From positions 438,804-502,803 of the forward strand of contig CAVQNR010000004.1 of assembly GCA_963714245.1 (NCBI GenBank): 64,000 bases of DNA, given 5' to 3'. Of this stretch, positions 39,054-48,215 are shown in pieces. This DNA comes from an uncultured Solirubrobacteraceae bacterium (GTDB lineage Bacteria; Actinomycetota; Thermoleophilia; Solirubrobacterales; Solirubrobacteraceae). The position numbers and the translations under genes are program-made. Numbering within the stretch: the first letter of the stretch is position 1; every line of letters starts with the position of its first letter. Under the pieces are notes generated by a model, which saw only the letters and a program-made list of their open reading frames with translations, did no database searches and was not told the DNA's origin.

Positions 39054-40007
39054 ATGGCCGATCGCAGATCAGCGCCGCCGGGCGAGCGCGTGAGTCGGGA
39101 CGCGCCCCCACGTGAGCTCGCGCTGCGCCGTCGGCGTCGCGCCGCGGCGCTCGTCGTGGTCGCGTTCGCGGCGTTGGTCGCCGGACTGATCGCCGGCGGC
39201 ATCTCGTCGGGCGCACGAACACGCCGGGCCAGGATCGCGTCGGTCGAGACCGGCTTTCTGTCGAAGATCAAGCGGCTGGCCGGGGACGGCTCCAATTCGC
39301 TGCTGGCACAGCAGCGCAGCCAGCAGAACGCCGCGATCAACCGAACCCTCGGCTATACCCCGGCAATCCGGATGGCCGGAAGCCAGCACCGCGAGATGGC
39401 ACTGACGTTCGACGACGGTCCCGGCCCGTACACGCTGCGGCTGCTGCGGGTGCTGCGTCGCACCCACACGCCGGCGACGTTCTTCGAGGTCGGCGTCGCC
39501 GAGCAGTACTTCCATGCCGGGACGGCGGCGATCGTCAAGCTCGGCTACCCGATCGGCGATCACACCTGGAGCCACCCGGACATGGCCGGGCTGTCGCGGT
39601 CGGAGCAGCGGGCCGAGCTGCTGCAGGAGGCACACGCGATCGGCCGTTACGGCGCGCCGTTCCCACGGCTGTTCAGGCCGCCGTATGGCGACTGGAACGC
39701 GACCACGTTGCAACTGCTGCGCAAGTACCACATGCTGATGGTGCTGTGGTCGATCGACACCGATGATTGGCAGCTGCCGGGCGCCCACAAGATCGTCCAT
39801 CGCGTGCTCAGCGCCGCGAAGCCGGGGGCGATCGTGTTGATGCATGATGCCGGCGGCAACCGCTCCGAGACGATCGCGGCACTGCCGAGGATCATCCGCG
39901 GGCTGCGGGCGCGCGGCTACAAGCTCGTGACCGTGCCACAACTGCTGGTCGACAACCCGGCGCCGCGCAAGCAGTCCTACGCGCTGCTCGACGGCGCCGG
40001 CGGTTAG
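39054..40007 (+). CDS. Membrane-anchored polysaccharide deacetylase (CE4/NodB)
   Basis: TFDDGP, HTWSH, FRPPYG, DTDDW, LMHD motifs; N-terminal TM. Confidence 0.94.
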   Translation: MADRRSAPPGERVSRDAPPRELALRRRRRAAALVVVAFAALVAGLIAGGISSGARTRRARIASVETGFLSKIKRLAGDGSNSLLAQQRSQQNAAINRTLGYTPAIRMAGSQHREMALTFDDGPGPYTLRLLRVLRRTHTPATFFEVGVAEQYFHAGTAAIVKLGYPIGDHTWSHPDMAGLSRSEQRAELLQEAHAIGRYGAPFPRLFRPPYGDWNATTLQLLRKYHMLMVLWSIDTDDWQLPGAHKIVHRVLSAAKPGAIVLMHDAGGNRSETIAALPRIIRGLRARGYKLVTVPQLLVDNPAPRKQSYALLDGAGG

Positions 40008-40043
40008 CGTTGAAGGCGCCCGGAGCGTGCTCGGGCGCAGCGA

Positions 40044-40502
40044 TCAGCGGGGCACGTAGGCGACGCGATTCCAGCTGGGCTCGGGCGCGAGCTCGATCGG
40101 TTCGCCGCCGCGATCGGGCTGGACGTAGACGAACCCCTGCGTGTCCTCGTCGAACGAGACGTCGAGCTCGCCTTCCTTGACGCGCTGGTCGAGCCAGGCG
40201 CCGCGGAAGATCAGCCGTCGCAGCCAGTGCACGAGCGAGCGTTCTGACGGCCCGACCAGCTCCGCCCAGCATTCGTTGACGTGCTCTCCGAGCGCCGAGG
40301 CCGGGTCGGAGACCTCACCGTTGACGACCAGGTTGATCAGGTCCTCGGCCTCGTCCTCGTGAACCGCTCCACCGAGAAATCCAAGCTTGCGCGCGGCCTG
40401 TTCGCAGCGTTCGCGGAAGTCACGTTCATTGAACGTAAAGCGGAGCTCTCCATACTCAAGGACGAAGTCATCGCCCGAGCTGTAATTACCTCGGCGGAAC
40501 AT
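40044..40502 (-). CDS. Hypothetical acidic cytoplasmic protein
   Basis: Globular, non-shadow amino-acid composition; TATGAT -10 upstream. Confidence 0.8.
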   Translation of the reverse strand: MFRRGNYSSGDDFVLEYGELRFTFNERDFRERCEQAARKLGFLGGAVHEDEAEDLINLVVNGEVSDPASALGEHVNECWAELVGPSERSLVHWLRRLIFRGAWLDQRVKEGELDVSFDEDTQGFVYVQPDRGGEPIELAPEPSWNRVAYVPR

Positions 40503-40600
40503 TTGGCGTCGGCATCATATGTGCGATTCCTGCGCCCCCGATGGCATGAATGTGATGTTGCAGGGGGGAGAATCTGCTACGCGCCGTGGCTACTACTCAT

Positions 40601-41359
40601 ATGACCGCATCGGCGCCGCCGCAACCACCGTTTTCCGTCCACCCGGAGTCCGGAAACCCGTCGCGAATACTGATCGTAGAGGACCACGAGCTGACCAGGC
40701 GATTTCTCGCCGACAACCTTGCCGCGGACGGCTTTGAGCCGCTGCCCGCGAGTTCGGTCGAGCACGCGCGTCAGCTGCTCGCGACCGAGCAGCCGGCGGT
40801 GGCCGTGCTCGATCTGATGCTCGGCGACGGAGACGGTCTGGCGCTCTTGTCAGAGCTGCGGCGCCCGGGCTCTAGCTTTGATCGGGAGCTGCCGGTGCTG
40901 ATCCTGTCCGGTCGCGCGTCCGAGCTGGACCGGATCCGCGGTCTGGAACGCGGCGCCGACGATTATCTGCCGAAACCGTTCGCGTACCCAGAGCTGCGCC
41001 TGCGCTTGGCGGCGCTGCTGCGTCGCACCGCCGGGCGGCCCGGCGGCGGGCGAATCCGCGCACGGTCGCTCGAGCTCGATACGCGTAGCCGCCAGGTGTT
41101 GGTCCGCGGCGAGCCGATTCATCTGTCGCGCACCGAGTTCGCGCTGTTGGGCCTGCTGGCGTCCGCGCCGACCCGAACGTTCACGCGCGCGGAACTGTTG
41201 CGCAACGTCTGGGGCGTCGAGCCCTCACAGATCAAGACGCGCACGCTCGATTCCCATGCCCACCGGCTGCGGGCGAAGCTGAGCGCCCCGAACGACGGGT
41301 ACGTATTCAACGTCTGGGGTGTGGGCTACCGGCTGCTCGAGGGCGAGGTCCGGCGGTGA
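40601..41359 (+). CDS. OmpR-family response regulator (start 40586 or 40601)
   Basis: IVEDH, LDLML, GADDYLPKPF, winged helix (TRTLDSH..VWGVGY). Confidence 0.93.
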   Translation: MTASAPPQPPFSVHPESGNPSRILIVEDHELTRRFLADNLAADGFEPLPASSVEHARQLLATEQPAVAVLDLMLGDGDGLALLSELRRPGSSFDRELPVLILSGRASELDRIRGLERGADDYLPKPFAYPELRLRLAALLRRTAGRPGGGRIRARSLELDTRSRQVLVRGEPIHLSRTEFALLGLLASAPTRTFTRAELLRNVWGVEPSQIKTRTLDSHAHRLRAKLSAPNDGYVFNVWGVGYRLLEGEVRR

Positions 41360-42123
41360 GCGGCGCTGCGATGCTCTCCGGCTGGGTCGCTGCGGCCGTC
41401 GCGGCGGCGGCCGCGATCGGCGCCGCACACGCGCTCGGGCGCGCTCGCGAGGCGGTCGCCCGTGCCTGCCACGAGCTGCGTGGTCCGCTGACCGCGGCGC
41501 GGCTCGGGTTGTCGCTGCAGCTGCGCGGCGATCCCGCCGGCGCCGAGCGGCTGCACGCGATCGACGGCGAACTCGATCGCGCGGCGCTCGCGCTCGACGA
41601 CCTCCGCGATGCCGGGCGGCGGGAGCTCGCAGAGCCGCAGCTGGGCGAACCCGAGCGCGTCGACCTCGACCTGCTGGCGCAGGTGGCGGTGATCGCCGCT
41701 GAGGGACACGCCCGCCGCGCCCGGGCCGCCGTCCGTCACGCATCGCCGGCCGGCGGTGCCCAACAGGGCACGAACGGCGCGATCGTGTGGGGTGACCCGG
41801 CCCGCCTGGCCCAGGCGCTCGGCAACCTGATCGCCAACGCGATCGAGCACGGGGGCGCAGAGGTGACCGTCGATGTCGTCAGTCGCGCGCGCGTTGTTCG
41901 GATCGAGGTCTGCGACGACGGCCCGGGGCTGCCCGCGCCGGTAGCGGCGCTCGCGCGTCGGCCGCGTCACGGCCGGGGGACACGGGGCCGCGGCCTGGCG
42001 ATCTCGCTGGCGATCGCCAGGCGCCACGGCGGCACGATCGCCGCGGCTCCCGCACTCACGGGCGCGCGCGTGGTGATGGAGTTGCCGGCCGCCGGCGCGC
42101 CCGCGGGCCGCGAGACCCACTAG
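41356..42123 (+). CDS. Minimal sensor histidine kinase (single N-terminal hydrophobic segment)
   Basis: HELRGPLT H-box, GNLIANAIEH N-box, DDGPG, GRGLAI. Confidence 0.88.
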   Translation: MSGAAMLSGWVAAAVAAAAAIGAAHALGRAREAVARACHELRGPLTAARLGLSLQLRGDPAGAERLHAIDGELDRAALALDDLRDAGRRELAEPQLGEPERVDLDLLAQVAVIAAEGHARRARAAVRHASPAGGAQQGTNGAIVWGDPARLAQALGNLIANAIEHGGAEVTVDVVSRARVVRIEVCDDGPGLPAPVAALARRPRHGRGTRGRGLAISLAIARRHGGTIAAAPALTGARVVMELPAAGAPAGRETH

Positions 42124-42288
42124 TGGGTCTCCCGGAGACGTGGTGCCTGAAACGGCGAGGTCCGGGGGCCGTCAGGCAAGGACGCAGGATCGAAGGTGTG
42201 GCGGAGCCACATCGAGATCCGAGGACGCAGCATGGCGGCCATCCGGGACCGACGTTTCGGGTGCAACGTTTGCGGGAGACCCACTAGT
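42119..42288. repeat. 170-bp imperfect palindrome (REPIN/MITE-like) with 16-bp perfect terminal inverted repeats
   Basis: ACTAGTGGGTCTCCCG (42119-42134) and CGGGAGACCCACTAGT (42273-42288); arms pair imperfectly up to a GTGGC-GGA-GCCAC apex. Confidence 0.85.
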
Positions 42289-42457
42289 CGGCACGCGCGA
42301 GGCACACCGCCCGGACGGAAGTCACCCCGGAACTGCACGCAAGCGCCCAGACCCCGCGCTTGCAGGAAAACCTGCAAGTGCACACCCCGGCGCGCGCCAA
42401 ACGAAAACGCCCGAGATCGCCCGCCAGCACGAGCAATCAGGGGTGTCCGGGCGCGGG

Positions 42458-42521
42458 GTGGGGCGTGAGTGGGACCAAAAGTGGGGATCGAGTTGCAAAG
42501 TGGGGGAGAGTGGGTTACTGT
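42458..42521 (+). promoter_or_regulatory. dcw/mraZ promoter with MraZ-binding GTGGG repeats
   Basis: GTGGG at 42458, 42469, 42481, 42500, 42510; TTGCAA (42493)-N17-TACTGT (42516). Confidence 0.85.
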
Positions 42522-42532
42522 GCACGCAGCTT

Positions 42533-42577
42533 GGGACCCGGGTGGCAGGGCTCCTCCCACCCAGCCATCCGGGTTCT
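42533..42577 (+). ncRNA. 5'-UTR hairpin, candidate mraW RNA motif-like element
   Basis: GGGACCCGGGTGGC..GCCATCCGGGTTCT stem with pyrimidine-rich loop CTCCTCCCA, upstream of mraZ-rsmH. Confidence 0.45.
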
Positions 42578-42608
42578 CTGAGCTCTCATCTTCTGGACAT
42601 GAGCTCTC

Positions 42609-43058
42609 TTGACCTTCCGCGGAACCTTTCACCACTCGCTCGATGCCAAGCATCGGCTGACGATCCCCGCCAAGTTTCGGGCGGGGTTGGCCGACGGAGT
42701 GGTGCTGGCGCCGTACGCCGAGTTGCCGGGCGCCCCGCGCACGATCGCGATCTGGACGCCGGATCGGTTCGACGAGTTCGTGTCAGAGACGGTCGGCGGC
42801 CGCAACCCCGGCGAGCCCGACGTGCGAATGATCAAGCGCTTCTACTTCAACAACTCGGCTGACCTCGAACTCGACAACGCCCACCGCGTGATGATCCCGA
42901 CCCACCTGATGGAGTACGCGAGCCTCGACAAGGAGGTCACCGTGACCGGCTCCGGCGAGTGCCTCGAGGTGTGGGACCGCGTCCAGTACGAGTCAAACCA
43001 TGCGCAGCTGCTCGATGACATCCCCCGACTCACCGCTTCTCTTGGCCACACTGCTTGA
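42609..43058 (+). CDS. mraZ: Transcriptional regulator MraZ
   Basis: FRGTFHHSLDAKHRLTIPAKFR, LDNAHRVMIP, LEVW; TTG start. Confidence 0.95.
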   Translation: MTFRGTFHHSLDAKHRLTIPAKFRAGLADGVVLAPYAELPGAPRTIAIWTPDRFDEFVSETVGGRNPGEPDVRMIKRFYFNNSADLELDNAHRVMIPTHLMEYASLDKEVTVTGSGECLEVWDRVQYESNHAQLLDDIPRLTASLGHTA

Positions 43059-43059
43059 C

Positions 43060-43998
43060 ATGACCAAAGAGCACGTCCCGGTCCTCGCCGGCGAGCTGAT
43101 CGACCTCGTCGATCCGCAGCCGGGCGAGGTGTGCGTCGACTGCACCGTCGGTGGTGGCGGGCACGCGCGGCTGCTCGCCGACCGGCTCGGGCCGGCCGGG
43201 ACCCTGATCGGGATCGACCGCGACCCGAGCGCCGAGGAGCGGTTCGCGACGCTCGCCGCCGAGGTGCCGTGCGAGACACGGTTCATCCGTGCTGACTTCG
43301 TCGCCGGTCTCGAGGAGCTACGCGACGAGCGGCTGCAGGCCGACATCGTCTACATGGATCTGGGGATGTCGTCGATGCAGGTCGACACCTGGGAGCGTGG
43401 CTTCTCCTATTCCTACGACGCGCCCCTGGACATGCGGATGGACCCCGACCAGGAACTGACCGCGCTCGAGATCGTCAACACCTGGGACGAGCGTCGACTG
43501 GCTCGGGTGCTGCGCCAGTACGGCGAGGAGCGCTACGCGACACAGATCGGCCGCGCGATCGTGCGCAGTCGTCGTCGGCAGCCGCTGTCGACGACCCAGC
43601 AGCTCGTCGACACCATCAAATCGGCGGTGCCGATCCCCGCACAGTTCGCCGGCGGCCATCCGGCCAAGCGGACGTTCCAGGCGCTGCGGATCGCCGTCAA
43701 CGACGAGCTCATCCAGCTCGAGCATGCGCTGCCCGAGGCGTGGCAGCTGCTCACGCCCTGCGGCCGGCTCGCCGCGATCTCGTTTCACTCGCTCGAGGAC
43801 CGGCTCGTCAAGCGGTTCCTCGCCGATCGCGCTCGGGGCTGCATCTGCCCGCCCGAGCTTCCGATCTGCGTCTGCGGACGCGACCCGGAGGCCGAGCTGC
43901 TCACCCGCCGCGCGATCGCCCCGACTCCCGGAGAGATCGCCTCGAACCCACGATCGAGATCTGCGCACTTGCGCGCCGCCCGCAAGCTGGAGGTGTAG
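43060..43998 (+). CDS. rsmH: 16S rRNA (C1402-N4)-methyltransferase
   Basis: HVPVL, DCTVGGGGH, DLGMSSMQ, PLDMRM, FQALRIAVN, FHSLEDR, NPRSRSA. Confidence 0.98.
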   Translation: MTKEHVPVLAGELIDLVDPQPGEVCVDCTVGGGGHARLLADRLGPAGTLIGIDRDPSAEERFATLAAEVPCETRFIRADFVAGLEELRDERLQADIVYMDLGMSSMQVDTWERGFSYSYDAPLDMRMDPDQELTALEIVNTWDERRLARVLRQYGEERYATQIGRAIVRSRRRQPLSTTQQLVDTIKSAVPIPAQFAGGHPAKRTFQALRIAVNDELIQLEHALPEAWQLLTPCGRLAAISFHSLEDRLVKRFLADRARGCICPPELPICVCGRDPEAELLTRRAIAPTPGEIASNPRSRSAHLRAARKLEV

Positions 43999-44003
43999 GA
44001 CAA

Positions 44004-44897
44004 ATGACGCCGACCGCCGTGACCCCTGCCGCGCGCAGGGCTCGCCCCGCGACGCCCTCGAACGGGTCTGTCAAGACCGCGCAGGCGCGGCCCGCGTCGC
44101 TACGTTCGGGCCGCGCGTCCGCGCCCAATGGCGGGGGTTCGCCGTCCTCCAGGACGCCCGGCGCGCGTGCTCGCGCGCCGCAGGCGCCCCAGCGATCGCC
44201 CCAACGTGCCTCCTCGGCACGCTCGGCCACCCATCGCTCGTCGATCCGCCGCACACCGGCACCGCGTGGCCGCCGGCGGGTGTCGGGTCCCGCCGCCGGG
44301 GTCGCGTCGGCGGCGGTCGCGGGGGGTTACGCCAGCGCCGTCCTGCCCGGGGCCCGGCCCCGACGGCGCGCGGTCAAGCGCGTACCGCGGATTCCCTCGG
44401 TCCGGCTTCCGCGGCTGCCGCAGATCACCCTGCCCAAGCCGGGTTCGCTGGCGCGCAGCACCGGTGCGTTCGTGCTCGCGCTGCCGGAGAGCTCGCTGTT
44501 GGACCGGATCATCCGCGGCCGGGTCTGGATCCCGCTGCTCGGCGTCCTGCTGGTCGGCCTAGTCGCCACGCAGGTCGAGTTGCTCAAGCTCAACGCCGGG
44601 CTCGGCTCGGCGATCGAGCGCACAAGCACGCTGCAGAGCCGCAACGAGTCGCTGCACTCGACCGTCGCCGCGTTGTCTGACGAACAGCGGATCGAGACGA
44701 TCGCCGCTCAGCACGGGATGGTGATGTCGCCACCGGATTCGGTGAAGTTCCTGCGGCCCAGCGCGAGCGCCAATCTGCGCGCGGCGATCGCCAACATCCA
44801 CGCCCCCGGATCGACCTATTTCGATGGGCCGGTGGGGACCTCGTCGGCGGCCGCGGCTGCCGCCTCGCCCGGATCGTCGACCGGCCCGCTCGGCTGA
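44004..44897 (+). CDS. ftsL: FtsL-like division protein with long basic disordered N-terminus
   Basis: Position between rsmH and ftsI; one TM then coiled coil ending LSDEQRIETIAAQHGMV. Confidence 0.7.
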   Translation: MTPTAVTPAARRARPATPSNGSVKTAQARPASLRSGRASAPNGGGSPSSRTPGARARAPQAPQRSPQRASSARSATHRSSIRRTPAPRGRRRVSGPAAGVASAAVAGGYASAVLPGARPRRRAVKRVPRIPSVRLPRLPQITLPKPGSLARSTGAFVLALPESSLLDRIIRGRVWIPLLGVLLVGLVATQVELLKLNAGLGSAIERTSTLQSRNESLHSTVAALSDEQRIETIAAQHGMVMSPPDSVKFLRPSASANLRAAIANIHAPGSTYFDGPVGTSSAAAAAASPGSSTGPLG

Positions 44898-44912
44898 TCG
44901 GAGTCAGCCGAG

Positions 44913-46643
44913 ATGGCTGCGATTCGGCTTCGCGTCGCCAAGATCGACCGGCGTGTCGGACTGCTGTTCGCGGTCTTCATCGCGCTGCTGGCGGTCGCGC
45001 TGGCGCGCGCGCTGTACCTCGGCACGATCAAGGCCTCGGCGCTCCGCAGGGCCGCCTTCTCTCAACAGATCGACGTGCAGCCGGTGCCTGCTCAACGTGG
45101 CTTGATCACCGACTCCTCCGGCACGCCGCTGGCGCTCTCGCAGGACACGGAGGACCTGATCGCCGACCCGTACCTGATCAACCAGCAGGGTGACGGCGAT
45201 CAGATCGCCGACCGGCTCGCGCCATTGCTGCATATGCAGCGGTCCGAGGTGCTGGCGGCGCTGACGAAGGCCGGGACGGGGTATTCGCCGATCGTCAAGG
45301 AGCTCGCCCCGGACCGAGCGAACGCGGTCTTCAGTCTGCGGATCGCTGGTAAGCCGATCAACGGCCTCTACACCGAGCCTGACACCAGGGAGGTGTATCC
45401 GCGCGGCGACACGCTGGCGCAGGTGCTCGGCTCAGAGAACGGCAACGGCCGGTGGACCGGCCTGCAAGGCCTCTACAACAAGCAGTTGGCCGGCACCGCC
45501 GGTGAGCGCAAGATCGTCAAGGACGGACACGGGAATACGATCGACGTCCAAGCGGTCAAGCAGATGCAGCCCGGCGCCACGATGCGGCTGACGATCTCGG
45601 CGCCGCTGCAGAACGAGATGGAGCAGGTGCTTGCCGGCGTCGGGCGGGAATATCAGCCGAAGCTGGCGACCGCGATCGCGCTCAACCCGCAGACCGGCGC
45701 GATCCTCGGGCTGGCGAATTGGCCGAGCGTCAACGCCAACGACCCGTTCCAGGGCACCCCGGCCGAGGTCGACAACGCGATCCAGGATCACGCCGTGTCG
45801 TTCAGCTACGAGCCCGGCTCGACGTTCAAGGCGATCACGGTCGCCGGCGCGCTGCAGGACAAGCTGATCACGCCGAGCACCGAGTTCACGATCCCGCCCG
45901 ACCTGCACGTCTACGACTCGACGATCAGCGATGCCGAGCCGCACGGCACCGAGATGCTGAACACCGCGCAGATCCTCAAGGTCTCGTCGAACATCGGTGC
46001 CGACCTGATCGGCCAGCGGCTCGGCCCCTACCGGTTCAACGACTGGGTCCATCGGTTCGGCCTCGGCCGTAATACGGGCGTGGACCTGCCGGGCGAGGAT
46101 CCCGGCACGATCCTGCCGCCGAGCCAGTATTCGGGCACCTCGATGTACACGCTGCCGTTCGGGCAGGGAGAGTCGGTCACCCCGATGCAGATGGCGGCGG
46201 CCTACGACGCGATCGCCAACGGCGGGGTCCTGCGCCGGCCGCACATCGTGCAGACGATCGGTGGCCACGCGCTGGCGCTGGCGAAGGGGCACCGGATCCT
46301 CTCGCGCTCGACCGCCGCCGAGATCCGCAACATGCTGCGCGGCGTGCTCGCCGATGGCGGCACCGCCTCGGGTGCCGCGATCCCGGGCTATGACCTCGCC
46401 GGCAAGACCGGCACCGCCGAGATCGCCGTCGACGGCAAGTACTCGACGTCGGAGTTCGTCGCCTCGTTCATGGGGATGGTGCCGGCGTCTGACCCGAAGC
46501 TCGTCGTCGCGGTCGTCGTCGACGATCCGCACGGCGGCATCTATGGCGGCCAGGTGGCGGGGCCGGCGTTCCAGAAGATCGTCGGCTGGGCGGTGCCGTA
46601 CTTCGGCATCGACCCGAACCCGACCGGCGTCTCCGGGCAGTGA
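44913..46643 (+). CDS. ftsI: Class B penicillin-binding protein
   Basis: RGLITD, YEPGSTFK (SxxK), SSN, GKTGTA; dcw position. Confidence 0.95.
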   Translation: MAAIRLRVAKIDRRVGLLFAVFIALLAVALARALYLGTIKASALRRAAFSQQIDVQPVPAQRGLITDSSGTPLALSQDTEDLIADPYLINQQGDGDQIADRLAPLLHMQRSEVLAALTKAGTGYSPIVKELAPDRANAVFSLRIAGKPINGLYTEPDTREVYPRGDTLAQVLGSENGNGRWTGLQGLYNKQLAGTAGERKIVKDGHGNTIDVQAVKQMQPGATMRLTISAPLQNEMEQVLAGVGREYQPKLATAIALNPQTGAILGLANWPSVNANDPFQGTPAEVDNAIQDHAVSFSYEPGSTFKAITVAGALQDKLITPSTEFTIPPDLHVYDSTISDAEPHGTEMLNTAQILKVSSNIGADLIGQRLGPYRFNDWVHRFGLGRNTGVDLPGEDPGTILPPSQYSGTSMYTLPFGQGESVTPMQMAAAYDAIANGGVLRRPHIVQTIGGHALALAKGHRILSRSTAAEIRNMLRGVLADGGTASGAAIPGYDLAGKTGTAEIAVDGKYSTSEFVASFMGMVPASDPKLVVAVVVDDPHGGIYGGQVAGPAFQKIVGWAVPYFGIDPNPTGVSGQ

Positions 46644-46967
46644 TCAGCCCGGCTCGGTGAGCCGCGCCAGCCGGTCGAGCCGGTCGTCCCACTGGCCGCC
46701 GACATCGGCGATCCACGAGACCGCGTCTGACAGTGGCTCCGGGGTGACGTGGTAACGCACGTCGCGGCCCGCGCGCTGGCGCTCCACCAGGCCGGCGTGC
46801 GACAGTGCCGCGAGATGCTTGGCGACGGCCTGCCGAGTGATCGGTAGGCCGGTCGCAAGCTGGGTCGCGGTCTGTGGCCCGTCAGAGATCGTCTGCAGCA
46901 GCTGCCGCCGCATCGGGTCCGCGAGCGCCTCGAACACGAGGCCGGCGGGGTCCTGGCGTTCGCTCAT
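46644..46967 (-). CDS. ArsR/SmtB family regulator (no Cys metal site)
   Basis: [39 protein letters not shown]. Confidence 0.92.
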   Translation of the reverse strand: MSERQDPAGLVFEALADPMRRQLLQTISDGPQTATQLATGLPITRQAVAKHLAALSHAGLVERQRAGRDVRYHVTPEPLSDAVSWIADVGGQWDDRLDRLARLTEPG

Positions 46968-47374
46968 GCCGCGACGAGCGCCGGCCCGTAGCGCGTCCCC
47001 CCGCTGGACTGCCCCGGCATCGGCAGGCCGACGAGGTCCAGCAGTTCGAGCGGACGGGCTTCGCAGACGCGCAGGATGGTCTCGTCGCCGGCGGCGATCA
47101 GCTCCAGCGTGACGCGGGTCGCGGAATCGCCGGTGCGCTGCCACCAGAAGCTCAGCCGGCCATGCTCGCCACCGTCCGCCGGAGGGCAGATCTCCTCGAT
47201 CCAGCCCTCGCGGACCTCGTCGCCGAACCGGAACCGCGCCTCACCGCCCGCGCGCAGCTCGAGCGCCACCTCGTCGGCCAGCCAAGCGCCAAGCCACTCG
47301 GGGTCGGTCAGCGCCGGCCACAGCTGTGCGGGCGTGCCCGGCAACGTCAGCTCACGTTCGATCTGGTCGATCAT
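46964..47374 (-). CDS. SRPBCC/AHSA1-like protein
   Basis: [48 protein letters not shown]; ends YGPALVAA. Confidence 0.88.
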   Translation of the reverse strand: MIDQIERELTLPGTPAQLWPALTDPEWLGAWLADEVALELRAGGEARFRFGDEVREGWIEEICPPADGGEHGRLSFWWQRTGDSATRVTLELIAAGDETILRVCEARPLELLDLVGLPMPGQSSGGTRYGPALVAA

Positions 47375-47393
47375 CGCGCTCCCTCGGGTCGAT

Positions 47394-47454
47394 GTGCAAC
47401 TGACTGGTTGCACTTATGCTACGGTCACGCCAGTACGCAACTCACGGGTTGCAC
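47394..47454. promoter_or_regulatory. Twin GCAAC-N6-GTTGC operators flanking overlapping bidirectional -10 elements
   Basis: GTGCAAC-TGACTG-GTTGCAC (47394-47413), GCAAC-TCACGG-GTTGC (47437-47452); TATGCT (+, 47415) and TAGCAT (-, 47416-47421). Confidence 0.75.
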
Positions 47455-47509
47455 TTTAGCAAGTGGCGCTGGCTCGTTCGGCCGGCGCGACCGAAACGGA
47501 GGATTCGAG

Positions 47510-48127
47510 ATGACGTTGATCCCGATGGTCGTCGAGCAGACAGCCCGCGGCGAGCGCTCGTTCGACATCTACTCGCGGCTGCTCAACGACCGCGTCGTGT
47601 TCCTCGGCGGCGAGGTGACCCAGGACCAGGCGAATCTGATCGTCGCCCAGCTCGTGCATCTTGAGTCCGACGATCCCGACAAGGACATCCACCTGTACAT
47701 CAACTCGCCCGGGGGGTCGATCTATGACGGGCTCGCGATCTACGACGCGATGCAGTTCATCAAGCCCGACGTGCAGACGATCTGCTACGGCGTCGCGATG
47801 TCGATGGGATCGTTCCTGCTGGCCGGCGGTGCGCCCGGCAAGCGGCTGGTGCTGCCCAACAGCCGGATCCTGATCCACCAGCCCTCCGGCGGCTTTCAGG
47901 GCCAGAGCGCCGACATCGAGATCCACGCCCGGGAGATCCTCGCGCTGCGCGCCCGCGTCGACGAGATCTATGCCAAGCACACCGGACAGGCGGTCGAGCG
48001 GGTCCACGCCGATATGGAGCGCGACCGCTACTTCACCGGCGTCGAGGCGGTCGCCTACGGGCTCGCCGACCGCGTGATCGAGCATCGCCAGGCCGCCGCG
48101 GGCGCACGCGGTTTCGCCGGCGGCTGA
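47510..48127 (+). CDS. clpP: ATP-dependent Clp protease proteolytic subunit (stand-alone copy)
   Basis: [34 protein letters not shown] (Ser), IHQP (His), ERD (Asp); GGAGG RBS. Confidence 0.97.
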   Translation: MTLIPMVVEQTARGERSFDIYSRLLNDRVVFLGGEVTQDQANLIVAQLVHLESDDPDKDIHLYINSPGGSIYDGLAIYDAMQFIKPDVQTICYGVAMSMGSFLLAGGAPGKRLVLPNSRILIHQPSGGFQGQSADIEIHAREILALRARVDEIYAKHTGQAVERVHADMERDRYFTGVEAVAYGLADRVIEHRQAAAGARGFAGG

Positions 48128-48215
48128 GCCTAGGGCGTGAGGCCGGCGCTGCGTCGGCGCCGGCTGCATGCGGATATGCCCCGCTGACCGCATCGCTGGC
48201 TACCCTCTGGCGGCG

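Noticed and set aside
42120-42862. ORFs 42120..42653 (-) and 42140..42862 (+) in the pre-mraZ gap
   Set aside because: Overlap the foldback element, MraZ boxes and mraZ; no protein-like features
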